NCBI GenBank assembly: GCA_965262115.1
Contig: OZ253496.1
Coordinates: forward strand, 1,792,001-1,856,000
Source: Nitrospinales bacterium
Lineage (GTDB): Bacteria; Nitrospinota; Nitrospinia; Nitrospinales; VA-1
Length of the DNA stretch: 64,000 nt
Direction: 5' to 3'
Every line of letters begins with the position of its first letter. Position 1 is the stretch's first letter. This document shows positions 8,728 to 18,364 of the stretch, piece by piece. The notes under the pieces were generated by a model. The model did not search any database. It was given only the letters and a program-made list of their open reading frames with translations, and was not told the DNA's origin. The position numbers were made by a program, and so were the translations under genes.

Positions 8728-11294
8728 AAACTTCGCAATTAAATCTTCGGCAGCTTTTCCTATTGGTGCTCGCCGAATTGCGCGGCGCATGGCGCAGGAT
8801 GCTGTTTTTTATTCTCTGTATCGCCATCGGTGTCGGCGCAGTGATGACGGTGAAAAGTTTTTCCAACCTGGTGGGCGAAACCATACAGAGCCAGGCCAAG
8901 GGGCTCCTATCTGCCGACCTCGCCATTAAGGGAAGCTGGGAACAGAGTCAGGAAGACCTTAACCACCAGAAAAAAGTTTTACCGCCAGAAACCGAATTCC
9001 TTTTCATCAAAGAGCTGCATGGCATGGCTCAGTTTAAAAACCCAAAGGCAGGAGAAAAATCTGCTTCCCTGATTACTGAACTCAAGGCCATCCCTCTCAC
9101 CGGCCCGCAATATCCTTTCTATGGAGAATTCAAAAGCAATCCGGATAACCCGTTGCAGGAATTATTGGCTAGGAGAGGCGCAGTGGTGGAGCCTTCTTTC
9201 CTGTTAAAGACCGGATTAAAACAAGGCGAGCATTTTTCTCTGGGAAAAATCGAAGTGCGTATCAACGGCGTGGCACTCTCGGAACCGGATCGCATTTCAA
9301 GAGCCTTCAGCATCGGCCCACGGGTATTTATCTCCCGCACTTCTCTGGATGATTCTGAACTGGTTCAGCCGGGCAGCCGGATCAAGCACAGGACTCTTAT
9401 ACGACTGCCCCACAGTTTTGATTTGATAAAAGCCCAGGTACTTCTGGAAAGAGGCCTGACAGACAAGTCGATTTCTATCCGCACTTATAAGGATATGCAG
9501 TCCTCCTTATCCAGTGCCATCGAACGCATGGGCCACTATCTCGGTGCGCTCGGGGTCATCGCCCTTCTCATGGGAGGAATCGGCGTCGCCATGATCGTCC
9601 GCACCTTCATGACGCAGAAACTCGACACCCTGGCGATCTTGAATTGCCTGGGAGCCTCGTCTAAAACCTTGTTCAAAGTTTATCTCCTTCAATCCATGCT
9701 GATGGGTCTTGTTGGCAGTTTGTTAGGTGTGGGTCTCGGTTTTGCGCTGACGTTTTTGCTGCCGTCAAAAATGGAAGGACTGATCAACTTAAAGCTGGAA
9801 CCGGTCTTCTATTGGGTTCCGGCTTTGCAATCGCTTCTTCTCGGTTGCGCCACCACGCTTTTGTTTTGCCTGTGGCCTTTGATCCGCGCCGTGAAAACCC
9901 GGCCTCTGCGCCTGTTCCGCAGAAATTTTGAGGAGGAAGAATCTGCAGGAGGATGGCAAGGCTGGCTGACCTCTTTGACACTGGGGCTGGGCCTTGCGGC
10001 GATGATTTGCTGGCAGGCGGGGTCCATCAAACGCGGTTTGATTTTTCTATCTGCGCTGGTGATTTCAGCAGGGGTGCTGGCGCTGGCGTCCATTTTTATT
10101 TTAAAACTTTTAAAAGCGTTGCCGCAGCCGAGCTCCATGACCCGCCGTTATGGCATGTCCAATCTCCGGCGGCCCAACAACCAGGCCACCGCCATCATCA
10201 CCTGTCTCGGTATGGGCATCATGCTGATACTCACTGTCCGTCTGGTGCAGATGGATATGCTGGCGATGCTGAACAAGAACACCGAGGTGCGCCCGCCAAA
10301 TTATTTTTTCATCGATATCCAGCACGATCAAAAGCAGATCTTCACCGAAGTGCTTGACCGGGTCGCACCCAAAGCAGAGCGTACCCTCACACCACTGGTG
10401 CGTTCGCGTCTGGTCAGCATCGATGAAAAATTGATCGCGCAATGGGAATATAAAGATAAGAGGCGGGAAGAATGGTTCATCAACCGCGAGTTCGTTTTAA
10501 CCTATATGGCCGGGCCGCCGCCGAAGGACAATACAGTCATCGAAGGGAAGTGGTGGGACGAAGGCAAAAACGCCGAGGTCTCTCTGGAAGAGGACGCGGC
10601 AAAAAGATTGGGCGCCAAAATCGGATCGCAACTCACCATCGATATTCAGGGCATTCCCATCACCGCTACGGTGACCAGCATCCGCAAAGTGAACTGGCGT
10701 AATATGCGTACGAATTTTTATATGATCTATTCGCCTGGAGCGTTGCAAGGTGTGCCGCTCACCTATGTGGCCACAGTCAATGTGCCCGACTCTAAAGAAC
10801 TGGAACTGCAACACGCCGTCGTCGCAGCCTTGCCCAACATCACCGCCTTGAGCACCCGCGATATTGTCAGCGCCATCAAGGCTACCGTATCCAGACTGAC
10901 CACCCTTGTCGATTTCATGTCGGGGTTCGCCATCGCCGCAGGACTTTTCATCCTGTCCGGTTCCATCGCGTCTACCAAGTACCGACGCCTGAGGGAATCT
11001 GCGGTACTGAAAATATTGGGAGCCCGGCGCAAAGTCGTCGCCTCCATTCTGGGAATCGAATACGCCACACTTGGAGTCATTTCGGCGCTGGTCGGTATCG
11101 GGTTGGCGCAGGGACTTTCCTGGGCCGTGATGAAATATATGATCAAATCTGACTGGCACATCCAGCCTGTCACGATGGTCTGGGCATTTTGGTTCGCGGT
11201 TTTGATCACGGTGGCCACCGGAATTTTGAGCAGTCTGGATGTGATTCGCGACAAACCGCTAAAAACCCTCCGTGCCGTCAGGGATTTAAACTAG
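8724..11294 (+). CDS. ABC transporter permease, FtsX-like (YbbP-like)
   Basis: Two FtsX-type TM blocks, PNYFFIDIQ motif, ATGA overlap with the ATPase gene. Confidence 0.85.
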   Translation: MKTSQLNLRQLFLLVLAELRGAWRRMLFFILCIAIGVGAVMTVKSFSNLVGETIQSQAKGLLSADLAIKGSWEQSQEDLNHQKKVLPPETEFLFIKELHGMAQFKNPKAGEKSASLITELKAIPLTGPQYPFYGEFKSNPDNPLQELLARRGAVVEPSFLLKTGLKQGEHFSLGKIEVRINGVALSEPDRISRAFSIGPRVFISRTSLDDSELVQPGSRIKHRTLIRLPHSFDLIKAQVLLERGLTDKSISIRTYKDMQSSLSSAIERMGHYLGALGVIALLMGGIGVAMIVRTFMTQKLDTLAILNCLGASSKTLFKVYLLQSMLMGLVGSLLGVGLGFALTFLLPSKMEGLINLKLEPVFYWVPALQSLLLGCATTLLFCLWPLIRAVKTRPLRLFRRNFEEEESAGGWQGWLTSLTLGLGLAAMICWQAGSIKRGLIFLSALVISAGVLALASIFILKLLKALPQPSSMTRRYGMSNLRRPNNQATAIITCLGMGIMLILTVRLVQMDMLAMLNKNTEVRPPNYFFIDIQHDQKQIFTEVLDRVAPKAERTLTPLVRSRLVSIDEKLIAQWEYKDKRREEWFINREFVLTYMAGPPPKDNTVIEGKWWDEGKNAEVSLEEDAAKRLGAKIGSQLTIDIQGIPITATVTSIRKVNWRNMRTNFYMIYSPGALQGVPLTYVATVNVPDSKELELQHAVVAALPNITALSTRDIVSAIKATVSRLTTLVDFMSGFAIAAGLFILSGSIASTKYRRLRESAVLKILGARRKVVASILGIEYATLGVISALVGIGLAQGLSWAVMKYMIKSDWHIQPVTMVWAFWFAVLITVATGILSSLDVIRDKPLKTLRAVRDLN

Positions 11295-11301
11295 TGGGCG
11301 G

Positions 11302-12459
11302 CTAGAACTTAAACATTAGATCCAATTCTAAGGTTTCCTTTTCGTCTTTGCGACCTCTTTCTTCCTGAGTATTGAAGTAAGTAAGAGCCAGTTTGATTCC
11401 TTTTCGTAATCCCAGCCCTGCTCCCACTTCGAAGCCGCGAGAATTGTTCAATCCACTGTGAAAATCGGAATCCGCCAAAACATCCAGCACCGCTTCGGTT
11501 TGGACCAGACGGTAAATCAATCGCAAATCCCAATCGGCAAATTTTTGCCCTGACTTCCCATAGGCGAACCCAGCCTGCCAGGCCGTGTCTAAATCAGGTT
11601 GACCGGGTGCCAGAGACCCCGTATTTTTCGCGTATTCGCCAAAAACCCTGAGTGGCTTGCCATATACAGACCCAGACCACTGGCCTATGAGATTGACCAC
11701 CTTGACTTCCGAAAGCGTGTGGTTGTTAGACACCGTGCTGCCGGTTGGAGCAGAACCCGGGTCTTCATGATCTGCGTAGTCGTAGTAAGCCAGGGCAACA
11801 TCAAATTTACCAAAACCTGTTTGTTGCTGGAGAACTCCCTGATAGGCAAACAGTTTGATATCGTCACCGGGATTGATCTCGTCAACGATGAACTGACCCG
11901 CTATAAGTTTCAAGTGAGTGCTGCCGATTTTATGGGAAAACTGCTCGCTGACCCCTTCTACATTGACATCATCATCCCAGATCAACTCCGATTTCATAAA
12001 AGGCGGTGGAAACTTGCCACCCTCTAAAGTAAACGGTTTTGGGTTCCATTTGAAAAAAGCACGGTCAATACTCAGAGATTTATTTCCGAACCCCCCATCC
12101 AATGTTGCGTTGGCAGAAGTCTGACTACCAACACCCCCAGTCGCCATGCGAAATCCTATATCCAGATCCTCGTACAGGTGAATTGTGGAACCCAGACGAA
12201 AACGAATGCGCCAACGACTACGGTCCAGTGTTTTTCCTGCAGTTTCATCCCTCTTGTCAACTTGATATCGAAAACGGAAATCGCCTTTCCAGGAAAACCT
12301 TTTGAGAATATCCAAAACTGCGAGCCTGGATTCATATTTCTCTTCCAGAGCCCGCGGTCTTTGTTCATAATCTGCGCCATAAGCAAGTGACCCGGACGCG
12401 ATCCAAAAAACGAACAGAGCAATAAAAATTTGGCCGGTAATAGTTTTAGACATTTTCAT
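11302..12459 (-). CDS. Putative outer-membrane porin
   Basis: Signal peptide, GDFRFRY..R.RIRFRLG, LIWDDDVNVEG, C-terminal Phe (DLMFKF). Confidence 0.75.
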   Translation of the reverse strand: MKMSKTITGQIFIALFVFWIASGSLAYGADYEQRPRALEEKYESRLAVLDILKRFSWKGDFRFRYQVDKRDETAGKTLDRSRWRIRFRLGSTIHLYEDLDIGFRMATGGVGSQTSANATLDGGFGNKSLSIDRAFFKWNPKPFTLEGGKFPPPFMKSELIWDDDVNVEGVSEQFSHKIGSTHLKLIAGQFIVDEINPGDDIKLFAYQGVLQQQTGFGKFDVALAYYDYADHEDPGSAPTGSTVSNNHTLSEVKVVNLIGQWSGSVYGKPLRVFGEYAKNTGSLAPGQPDLDTAWQAGFAYGKSGQKFADWDLRLIYRLVQTEAVLDVLADSDFHSGLNNSRGFEVGAGLGLRKGIKLALTYFNTQEERGRKDEKETLELDLMFKF

Positions 12460-12479
12460 TTTTAGTTTTATTTCGCTCT

Positions 12480-13577
12480 CTAAAAATTGTCGCTTTCATG
12501 AACCATTTTGATGGCTTTGATGTGGGCAAAGACCGGTTGCCCCGGTTTGAGGTTTAAATTGGCAAGAGATTTTCTCGTGATCGTCGCTAAAATCGGCCGG
12601 CCCGCATCCAGCTCAATGTCGACCGAATATCCTTTGGAATCAAGAATTCCAACTTTTTCGACCTTGGCTTTTAAAATATTCAGCACACTGGTGGCTCCCG
12701 CTGGTGGTGCGGTCGAAAGGCTCACGTCTTTGGAATGGATGTGCACCCTTAAGCTTTGCCCCACGGGAATATTTTGTCTGGGAACATTGAGAGCCTGCCC
12801 CATAAAATCCAACCGGGTGAGCCCGAATTCCTCATCGTGTTCCGCGACCGATGTTTCAAGCACCGCTCCCAACTGCTCATCCCCCACCGCTTCCCGCAAC
12901 CGGACATCCGAGAAAACCTTCTCCACCGGCCCGAAGTTCACCACTTTTCCTGATTTTAAAATCACCATGGTGTCCACAAGTTGGAGAACCTCATTCATTG
13001 AATGCGTGACATAGATGATAGGCGTCTTAAACTCATCTTCTATTCTTTTAATAAAGGGGATGATCTCTGCTTTGAGTTGCATATCCAGCGAAGCTAAAGG
13101 TTCATCCATTAGCAATAGTTTCGGGCTGGTGAGCAGAGCGCGACCAATCGATACCCTTTGCCGTTCCCCTCCCGACAATTTTTCCGGAGCGCGTTTTAAC
13201 AAAGCATCAAGATCCAGCACTTGCACCACTTCATCCAGATGGAGATTGCGCTCCGCAGGCAGGGTGCGTTGATAACCATATAGCAGGTTTTCCTGAATAT
13301 TCAAATGGGGAAACAACCTCGACTCCTGAAACACCAGGCCAACCTTTCTCTCATGGATGGGAAGAAAAATGCCTTCATCCTGCCAAACCTGTCCGGCCAA
13401 CTTCAGATATCCTGAAGGAGCCCTTTCCAGTCCAGACAGGCAACGCAACAAGGTGGTTTTGCCCGACCCGGAAGGACCGAAAACCACGGTCACACCTTTG
13501 GCAGGGAGGTTCAACTCGACATCAAGATTGAACCCCGGATAATCGATTTTAAATTTTGCCTGTAGCATATCCGTCAT
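12480..13577 (-). CDS. modC: Molybdate ABC transporter ATP-binding protein
   Basis: GPSGSGKTT, VFQESRLFPHL, LSGGERQRV, C-terminal TOBE/Mop domain. Confidence 0.95.
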   Translation of the reverse strand: MTDMLQAKFKIDYPGFNLDVELNLPAKGVTVVFGPSGSGKTTLLRCLSGLERAPSGYLKLAGQVWQDEGIFLPIHERKVGLVFQESRLFPHLNIQENLLYGYQRTLPAERNLHLDEVVQVLDLDALLKRAPEKLSGGERQRVSIGRALLTSPKLLLMDEPLASLDMQLKAEIIPFIKRIEDEFKTPIIYVTHSMNEVLQLVDTMVILKSGKVVNFGPVEKVFSDVRLREAVGDEQLGAVLETSVAEHDEEFGLTRLDFMGQALNVPRQNIPVGQSLRVHIHSKDVSLSTAPPAGATSVLNILKAKVEKVGILDSKGYSVDIELDAGRPILATITRKSLANLNLKPGQPVFAHIKAIKMVHESDNF

Positions 13578-14257
13578 GTCACCTGCACCGGAAGTCTCCG
13601 GTTGATGGCATAAACTATCACCAGAACGAGAAACGAGAATATGAGCAGTCCGGCTGAAAGAATATGCGCCTGAGCGTATTCAAGAACTTCAACCCGGTCA
13701 TAAATTTCTATGGAAATCACTTGGGTCTTGCCGGGAATATTTCCGCCCACCATCAACACCACGCCAAATTCTCCAAGGGTGTGGGCGAATCCCAATACCA
13801 CTGCTGTCAGGTAACCCCGCCGGGCCAGAGGAGTGATGACCGAAAAAAAAGCGTCCAGTCGAGAAGCACCCAAAGACTGTGCGGTTTCCATAGGAACTTT
13901 TCCAATGGATTCGAAAGCACTGTGAAGCGGTTGCACCACAAACGGCAGGGAATAAAGAGTAGAAGCGAAAACCAGCCCGGCAAACGAAAAAGACAGCGCC
14001 GAACCCGTTAAAGCCTGAACCGGTCCGCCCACCCAGCCATGCGGTCCTAATAAGATCAACAGATAAAAACCCAACACCGTAGGCGGCAGAACCAGGGGCA
14101 AAGCCACCACTGCCTCCACCACCACCCGGGAACGGGATCGGGTCTGCGCCAGCCACCACGCGATTGGCGTGCCCAAAGCTAAAAGAATCACCACCGTCAC
14201 TCCCGCTAATTGCAGAGTGAGCAAAATGGGTTCTGCATCAATCAGGGAAAAATCCAT
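13574..14257 (-). CDS. modB: Molybdate ABC transporter permease
   Basis: LPLVLPPTVLGFYLL, FAHTLGEFGVVLMVGGNIPGKT. Confidence 0.95.
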   Translation of the reverse strand: MDFSLIDAEPILLTLQLAGVTVVILLALGTPIAWWLAQTRSRSRVVVEAVVALPLVLPPTVLGFYLLILLGPHGWVGGPVQALTGSALSFSFAGLVFASTLYSLPFVVQPLHSAFESIGKVPMETAQSLGASRLDAFFSVITPLARRGYLTAVVLGFAHTLGEFGVVLMVGGNIPGKTQVISIEIYDRVEVLEYAQAHILSAGLLIFSFLVLVIVYAINRRLPVQVT

Positions 14258-14261
14258 TTCT

Positions 14262-15038
14262 TCATTCCTCTAAAAAACGATAACCGTATGACTGAATAAT
14301 TTTCTTTGATACATGCCCCTTTAAATATTTTAAAAATTGTTTCGCCGAAGAATTGGAAGACCCCGGCTTTAACAAAATGGCCTGCTGTAAAATCGGCTCA
14401 TGCTGATCGACCGGTATCTCCCACCGGCTTCCTTTTAATTTGAAGCGTGGGTCTTCGACCTGTGATTTAGCGATAAACCCAAGCGCAGCATTTCCGGTGG
14501 CAACAAACTGGAGGGTCTGGGAAATATTTTCCCCCCGAACCAAAAACGGTCGCAGTTTTTGCCAGAGGCCCAACCGTTCAAGAGTCTGCTTGGCCGCCCT
14601 GCCATAGGGAGCGGTTTTCGGGTTGGCAATCGCCAGTTTGCCCTTGTTCATTTGAGTTAAAGATTCCTCTCCCCGCACTATATCCGGATCCAAACTCCAT
14701 AACACCAAGGCCCCGACCGCATAAGTGAAGCGGGTACCGGAAACACCCACCCCCTCCCGCTCCAACAGAGCCGGTCTATTTTCATCCGCCGCCAGCAGAA
14801 CATCAAAGGGAGCGCCATGCCGGGCCTGGGCGTACAACTTGCCGGTCGACCCGGAAATCAGGATCAGCGTGTTTCCCGTATCCTGTTTGAAGTGTTGGGC
14901 AATTTCTTTGAGCGGATTCAAAAAATTAGACGCGACCGCAACATGCACCTCTTCAGCCCAACCCGTTTGAGGCAGACCCAGAAACCATAGCGCCATCCAT
15001 ATGCCCAACCCTTTCTTTATTGCCATCACCCGCCTCAC
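14262..15038 (-). CDS. modA: Molybdate ABC transporter substrate-binding protein
   Basis: VAVASNF, GSTGKLYAQ..GAPFDVLLAAD, IANPKTAPYG, GENISQT. Confidence 0.95.
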   Translation of the reverse strand: MRRVMAIKKGLGIWMALWFLGLPQTGWAEEVHVAVASNFLNPLKEIAQHFKQDTGNTLILISGSTGKLYAQARHGAPFDVLLAADENRPALLEREGVGVSGTRFTYAVGALVLWSLDPDIVRGEESLTQMNKGKLAIANPKTAPYGRAAKQTLERLGLWQKLRPFLVRGENISQTLQFVATGNAALGFIAKSQVEDPRFKLKGSRWEIPVDQHEPILQQAILLKPGSSNSSAKQFLKYLKGHVSKKIIQSYGYRFLEE

Positions 15039-15092
15039 TATATTCCTAAATATATAACGTATATATCGTTATATATCATTAAGCATAACGTA
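15036..15092. promoter_or_regulatory. ModE-type operator(s) upstream of modA
   Basis: CGTTAT-N12-ATAACG at 15067-15090; weaker CACTAT-N12-ATAACG at 15036-15059. Confidence 0.75.
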
Positions 15093-15119
15093 TGTCAACC
15101 CACAGGGCTGAATGAAGAA

Positions 15120-15256
15120 GCGAACTTTGCGCAATTTGATTCGCATTGAAAAAGGCGAGACCCTTCTTCGCCAAAGGCTCATCAGAATGACAAGTTAGAG
15201 ACTTTAAAATGTCATTCTGAACGAAGTGAAGAATCTAGAGGTTATGCAAAGCTCTC
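15120..15256. repeat. Composite MITE with CTTTGC...GCAAAG(C/G)TCTC ends and GTCATTCTGA/AGAATGAC internal hairpins
   Basis: ACTTTGCGCAA...CAGAATGACA...TGTCATTCTGAACGAAGTGAAGAATCT...TTATGCAAAGCTCTC; related to 61197-61405. Confidence 0.6.
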
Positions 15257-15691
15257 TATGCCAACGGCGCTCCGACGTTTGAGTTCCAAACTGGACCCGA
15301 TGGACGGCAATATGCGGTGGGAGGAGAAGTTTCCATTGACGCATCACCGGTCACCGGAGACCCCGAAGCGACAGTTCGCAAGGCTCAGACTATAAAGCGG
15401 ACCGCCCTGGCCCCAAGTGACCCCTCCGCACAAGACCGGCAGGCAGCCGCCCAGGCGGCCCAGTTGGAGAACCAGGCAAGACAGGAAGTCCAGGCTGAAA
15501 AAGCTGAAGAAAATGAAGAGGCTACAGAATCCGAAAACACTCCCTCATCGGTGGAAGAAATCCAAGAATCCCAAAGCAAATCTGAAAGCGGCAACGATTC
15601 GGATGAGTCGAATCCTTTCGCCAGACGGGTGGCAAACCGGTTCAATCCATCCAACATCACCACCGGCAATCTACTGAACATCATTTCCTGA
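15257..15691 (+). pseudogene. SprA-related family protein, 5'-truncated
   Basis: Frame reads [25 protein letters not shown]...[15 protein letters not shown] with no N-terminus; begins right after the MITE. Confidence 0.7.
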
Positions 15692-15730
15692 TAGAAAAAA
15701 AAGGCCAGAGAATCTGGCCCTGAAGAAAAA

Positions 15731-15807
<77 letters not shown>

Positions 15808-15823
15808 GCGGTCGTTTTGCGAA

Positions 15824-15899
15824 TGGTAGGCGGAACAGGGCTCGAACCTGTGACCCCCGGCTTGTAAGGCCGGTGCTCTCCCAGCTGAGCTACCCGCCC
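15824..15899 (-). tRNA. tRNA-Val(TAC)
   Basis: GGGCGGG acceptor, CT-TAC-AA anticodon loop, GTTCGAG, CCA end. Confidence 0.97.
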
Positions 15900-15903
15900 A
15901 CTT

Positions 15904-15940
15904 GTGATATTTAACCTTTGCCTTCATGCCCCAAGGGGTA
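15904..15940 (-). repeat. R38 element
   Basis: GTGATATTTAACCTTTGCCTTCATGCCCCAAGGGGTA. Confidence 0.8.
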
Positions 15941-15998
15941 CGGCAAGGGTCCAACGGGCATAGACTCGTTGAGCCGAAGTAACTTTTGCCAGCCAGAC

Positions 15999-16036
15999 GT
16001 GATATTCCTCCTTAGATCTCGTGCCTCGGAGGGGTA
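15999..16036 (-). repeat. R38 element inside a family-B element
   Basis: GTGATATTCCTCCTTAGATCTCGTGCCTCGGAGGGGTA. Confidence 0.8.
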
Positions 16037-16119
16037 AAAAACATAGCTCATCACCTGCAGAGGTTCTCTGCCCTCACTACAATATCCAGAACGATTTCTT
16101 CTCTTCATAAGAGGAGGGG

Positions 16120-16148
16120 AGTATATAAACGAGCATCATCCCTGTCAA
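16120..16148 (-). promoter_or_regulatory. Sigma70 promoter for the tRNA-Val/Asp operon
   Basis: Minus strand TTGACA-N17-TATACT. Confidence 0.75.
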
Positions 16149-16318
16149 GCGATTTCATGTGTCGGCAAATCTCCCGTAAAATATTGAACAGATTGATTTT
16201 AAAATGATTGACAGCCATCTCCCCTCACTATAAGATGATTTTTAAAGCCCGAAAACAGGGTTTTCGGGCTCTTCTCAAACGTTTCCAGTTCACCTGAATC
16301 ACCCCCGATTGCTGCACC

Positions 16319-16920
16319 ATGATAGAAAAAATCATGGCTTCTCTCGAGAGCCTTCCGACTGAAGACCTTCTTAAGATTAGAGAAAACCTGGATGAGTTGA
16401 TCCGGTCAAAATATGACGCTGATCTTGGAAAAAGAAAGGGCAAACGAGCAAGGGTCAAAATTGCCGGGCAGCTGGAAATCGGACGGGAGAAAGAGTTTTT
16501 TTACAAGCTTCACAAAATCACTATTCAGGAAATGTCGATCAACGGTTTGGTTTTTTCTGTGAAGGGAACCGTCATCGATGGAGATATTTTACGAGTCTCT
16601 TTTAGAGTGCCCTCGGCCGGAGAAAAAAAATCATCGACTGCCAGGCCGTGCGGGTCAATGAGATTAAACCCGGCACCATTCCTGAATCGGAAACCTGTTT
16701 TTTAATCTTGCTTATGGATCGCAGCCAAAAAGATGCGGGGCTCTTGAGATCAAAACTGAAACGCCTGCTTGAATACAATCCGCTCTATGTCAACGGAGAT
16801 TCCATGAAGGCCCAGACTCTATGGTGACTTTCTGCCTATCCCGAAGAAGGAAAAGAACTGTTCAACCTCATCAACCTTTCGCGCAACCGGCTAACCCGGA
16901 AAACGAAGGCGATGGCATGA
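16319..16920 (+). pseudogene. PilZ-domain protein, frameshifted, followed by a degenerate GGDEF-like tail
   Basis: KRKGKRARV..EMSINGL (PilZ RxxxR, xSxxG); shifting frame at A8 16623-16630 gives IIDCQAVRVNE; later FLILLMD..KLKRLLE and SAYPEEGKELFNLINLSRNRL in shifted frames. Confidence 0.6.
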
Positions 16921-17951
16921 TAACAAAACTATTCAATAGCATTTTCAGCTTGTTCTCCACCAATCTGGCTATGGATCTGGGCACGGCAAACACCCTGGTT
17001 TACATTACCGAAAAAGGAATCGTGCTGAACGAACCCTCCGTAGTCGCAGTGAACGTGGATGACAACTCGGTGGAAGCGGTTGGAATAGAAGCAAAAAAAA
17101 TGTATGGCCGCACCCATTCCAGGGTCAACACCATCCGGCCTATGAAAGACGGTGTCATCGCCGACTTTGATGTGACCAACCGGATGATTCAGTATTTTAT
17201 TAAAAAAGTTCTGAGCCAACATCGGTTCTTTAAACCCCGTATGGTTGTCGGCGTACCGACCTGCATCACCCAGGTGGAAAAGAAAGCGGTGATTGATGCC
17301 TCCCTCATGGCGGGAATCCGGGAAGTCCATCTCGTGGAAGAACCCATGGCCGCCGCAATCGGCGTTGGCATTCCCGTACACCGGCCTGAAGGAAACATGG
17401 TTATCGATATCGGCGGCGGCACCACTGATGTCGCAGTCATATCCCTGTCCGCCATCACCCATGGTGAATCTGCACGCGTCGCCGGAGACGGAATCGACGA
17501 GTCTATCGTCCGCTATATGCGGCTTCAGCACCATCTTAATATCGGCGTGTTCGAAGGCGAACGCACCAAAAAGGAAATCGGCAGTGCGTTTCCGCAAGCG
17601 GGAACCATGACAACCGAAGTCAGAGGATTGAATGTTAAAACCGGCGTTCCCATGTCCATCACCATCGGCGATGATGAAATTCGCGAAGCGCTCAAAGAAC
17701 CGCTGACCACCATCGTCACGGTCATCATGCGCGCCCTGGAAAAAATTCCTCCGGAACTTTCCGCCGACATTCACTCTAATGGCATATACCTTACCGGAGG
17801 CGGTGCCCTCATCCGTGGACTGGATAAGATGATCGAAGAAAAAACCACCTTGAGGGTCTTTATTCCCGAAGACCCCCTCCTCAGCATTGTCAAGGGAGCC
17901 GGAGCGATTCTCGATGATTTTCCAAATATGAAAAAAGTCTGTATCAACTAA
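16917..17951 (+). CDS. mreB: Rod shape-determining protein MreB (stand-alone copy)
   Basis: MDLGTANTLV, NEPSVVA, IRPMKDGVIADF, EEPMAAAIG, DIGGGTTDVA, LTGGGALIRGLD. Confidence 0.92.
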   Translation: MITKLFNSIFSLFSTNLAMDLGTANTLVYITEKGIVLNEPSVVAVNVDDNSVEAVGIEAKKMYGRTHSRVNTIRPMKDGVIADFDVTNRMIQYFIKKVLSQHRFFKPRMVVGVPTCITQVEKKAVIDASLMAGIREVHLVEEPMAAAIGVGIPVHRPEGNMVIDIGGGTTDVAVISLSAITHGESARVAGDGIDESIVRYMRLQHHLNIGVFEGERTKKEIGSAFPQAGTMTTEVRGLNVKTGVPMSITIGDDEIREALKEPLTTIVTVIMRALEKIPPELSADIHSNGIYLTGGGALIRGLDKMIEEKTTLRVFIPEDPLLSIVKGAGAILDDFPNMKKVCIN

Positions 17952-17994
17952 TCGGGTTGAGGTAAAATCCGCTCAACACTCTTTTTGGATTGTT

Positions 17995-18318
17995 ATGAAC
18001 CCGGTTTGCCAGGAATGTAAAATCCCAGTGAGCGCAGTGCCCACTGTGATTGAATATAAAGGGGAAGAAATTTATCTGTTCGATCCTGTGATTTGCCAGT
18101 CCTGCCTGCACAAGTTGTGCGAACGCTATTCCACACAATGCGCCAATTGCGGCGGTTGCATCCCTCCGTTTTCCCAAGTCGGAGTATTAAAAGCGGACAA
18201 CGGACAAAAACAGTTTGTCCACATGACCACCTCCTGCACCACAGTCGGAAGTGCCTTTTACGGCTACTGGGGCAAAGGCCAATTACACAGTTTCGTTCAA
18301 ATCGAAGCCTGCCATTAG
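17995..18318 (+). CDS. Small Cys-rich hypothetical protein (putative Zn-binding)
   Basis: CQEC, CQSC..C, CANCGGC, H...SC in 107 aa. Confidence 0.6.
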   Translation: MNPVCQECKIPVSAVPTVIEYKGEEIYLFDPVICQSCLHKLCERYSTQCANCGGCIPPFSQVGVLKADNGQKQFVHMTTSCTTVGSAFYGYWGKGQLHSFVQIEACH

Positions 18319-18364
18319 CTACTAGCCGTAGGGGCAACTTGCAATATATTTATCTGCTAGCAAC

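Noticed and set aside
15904..16036. R38 pairs as a CRISPR array (also 43845-43968 and 62846-62996)
   Set aside because: At most 2-3 divergent copies, irregular spacing, intervening DNA is other repeats, no cas genes.
15900..16113. Possible 6S RNA or other ncRNA upstream of tRNA-Val
   Set aside because: Largely explained by R38 and family-B repeats; no recognisable 6S/tmRNA/RNase P features.
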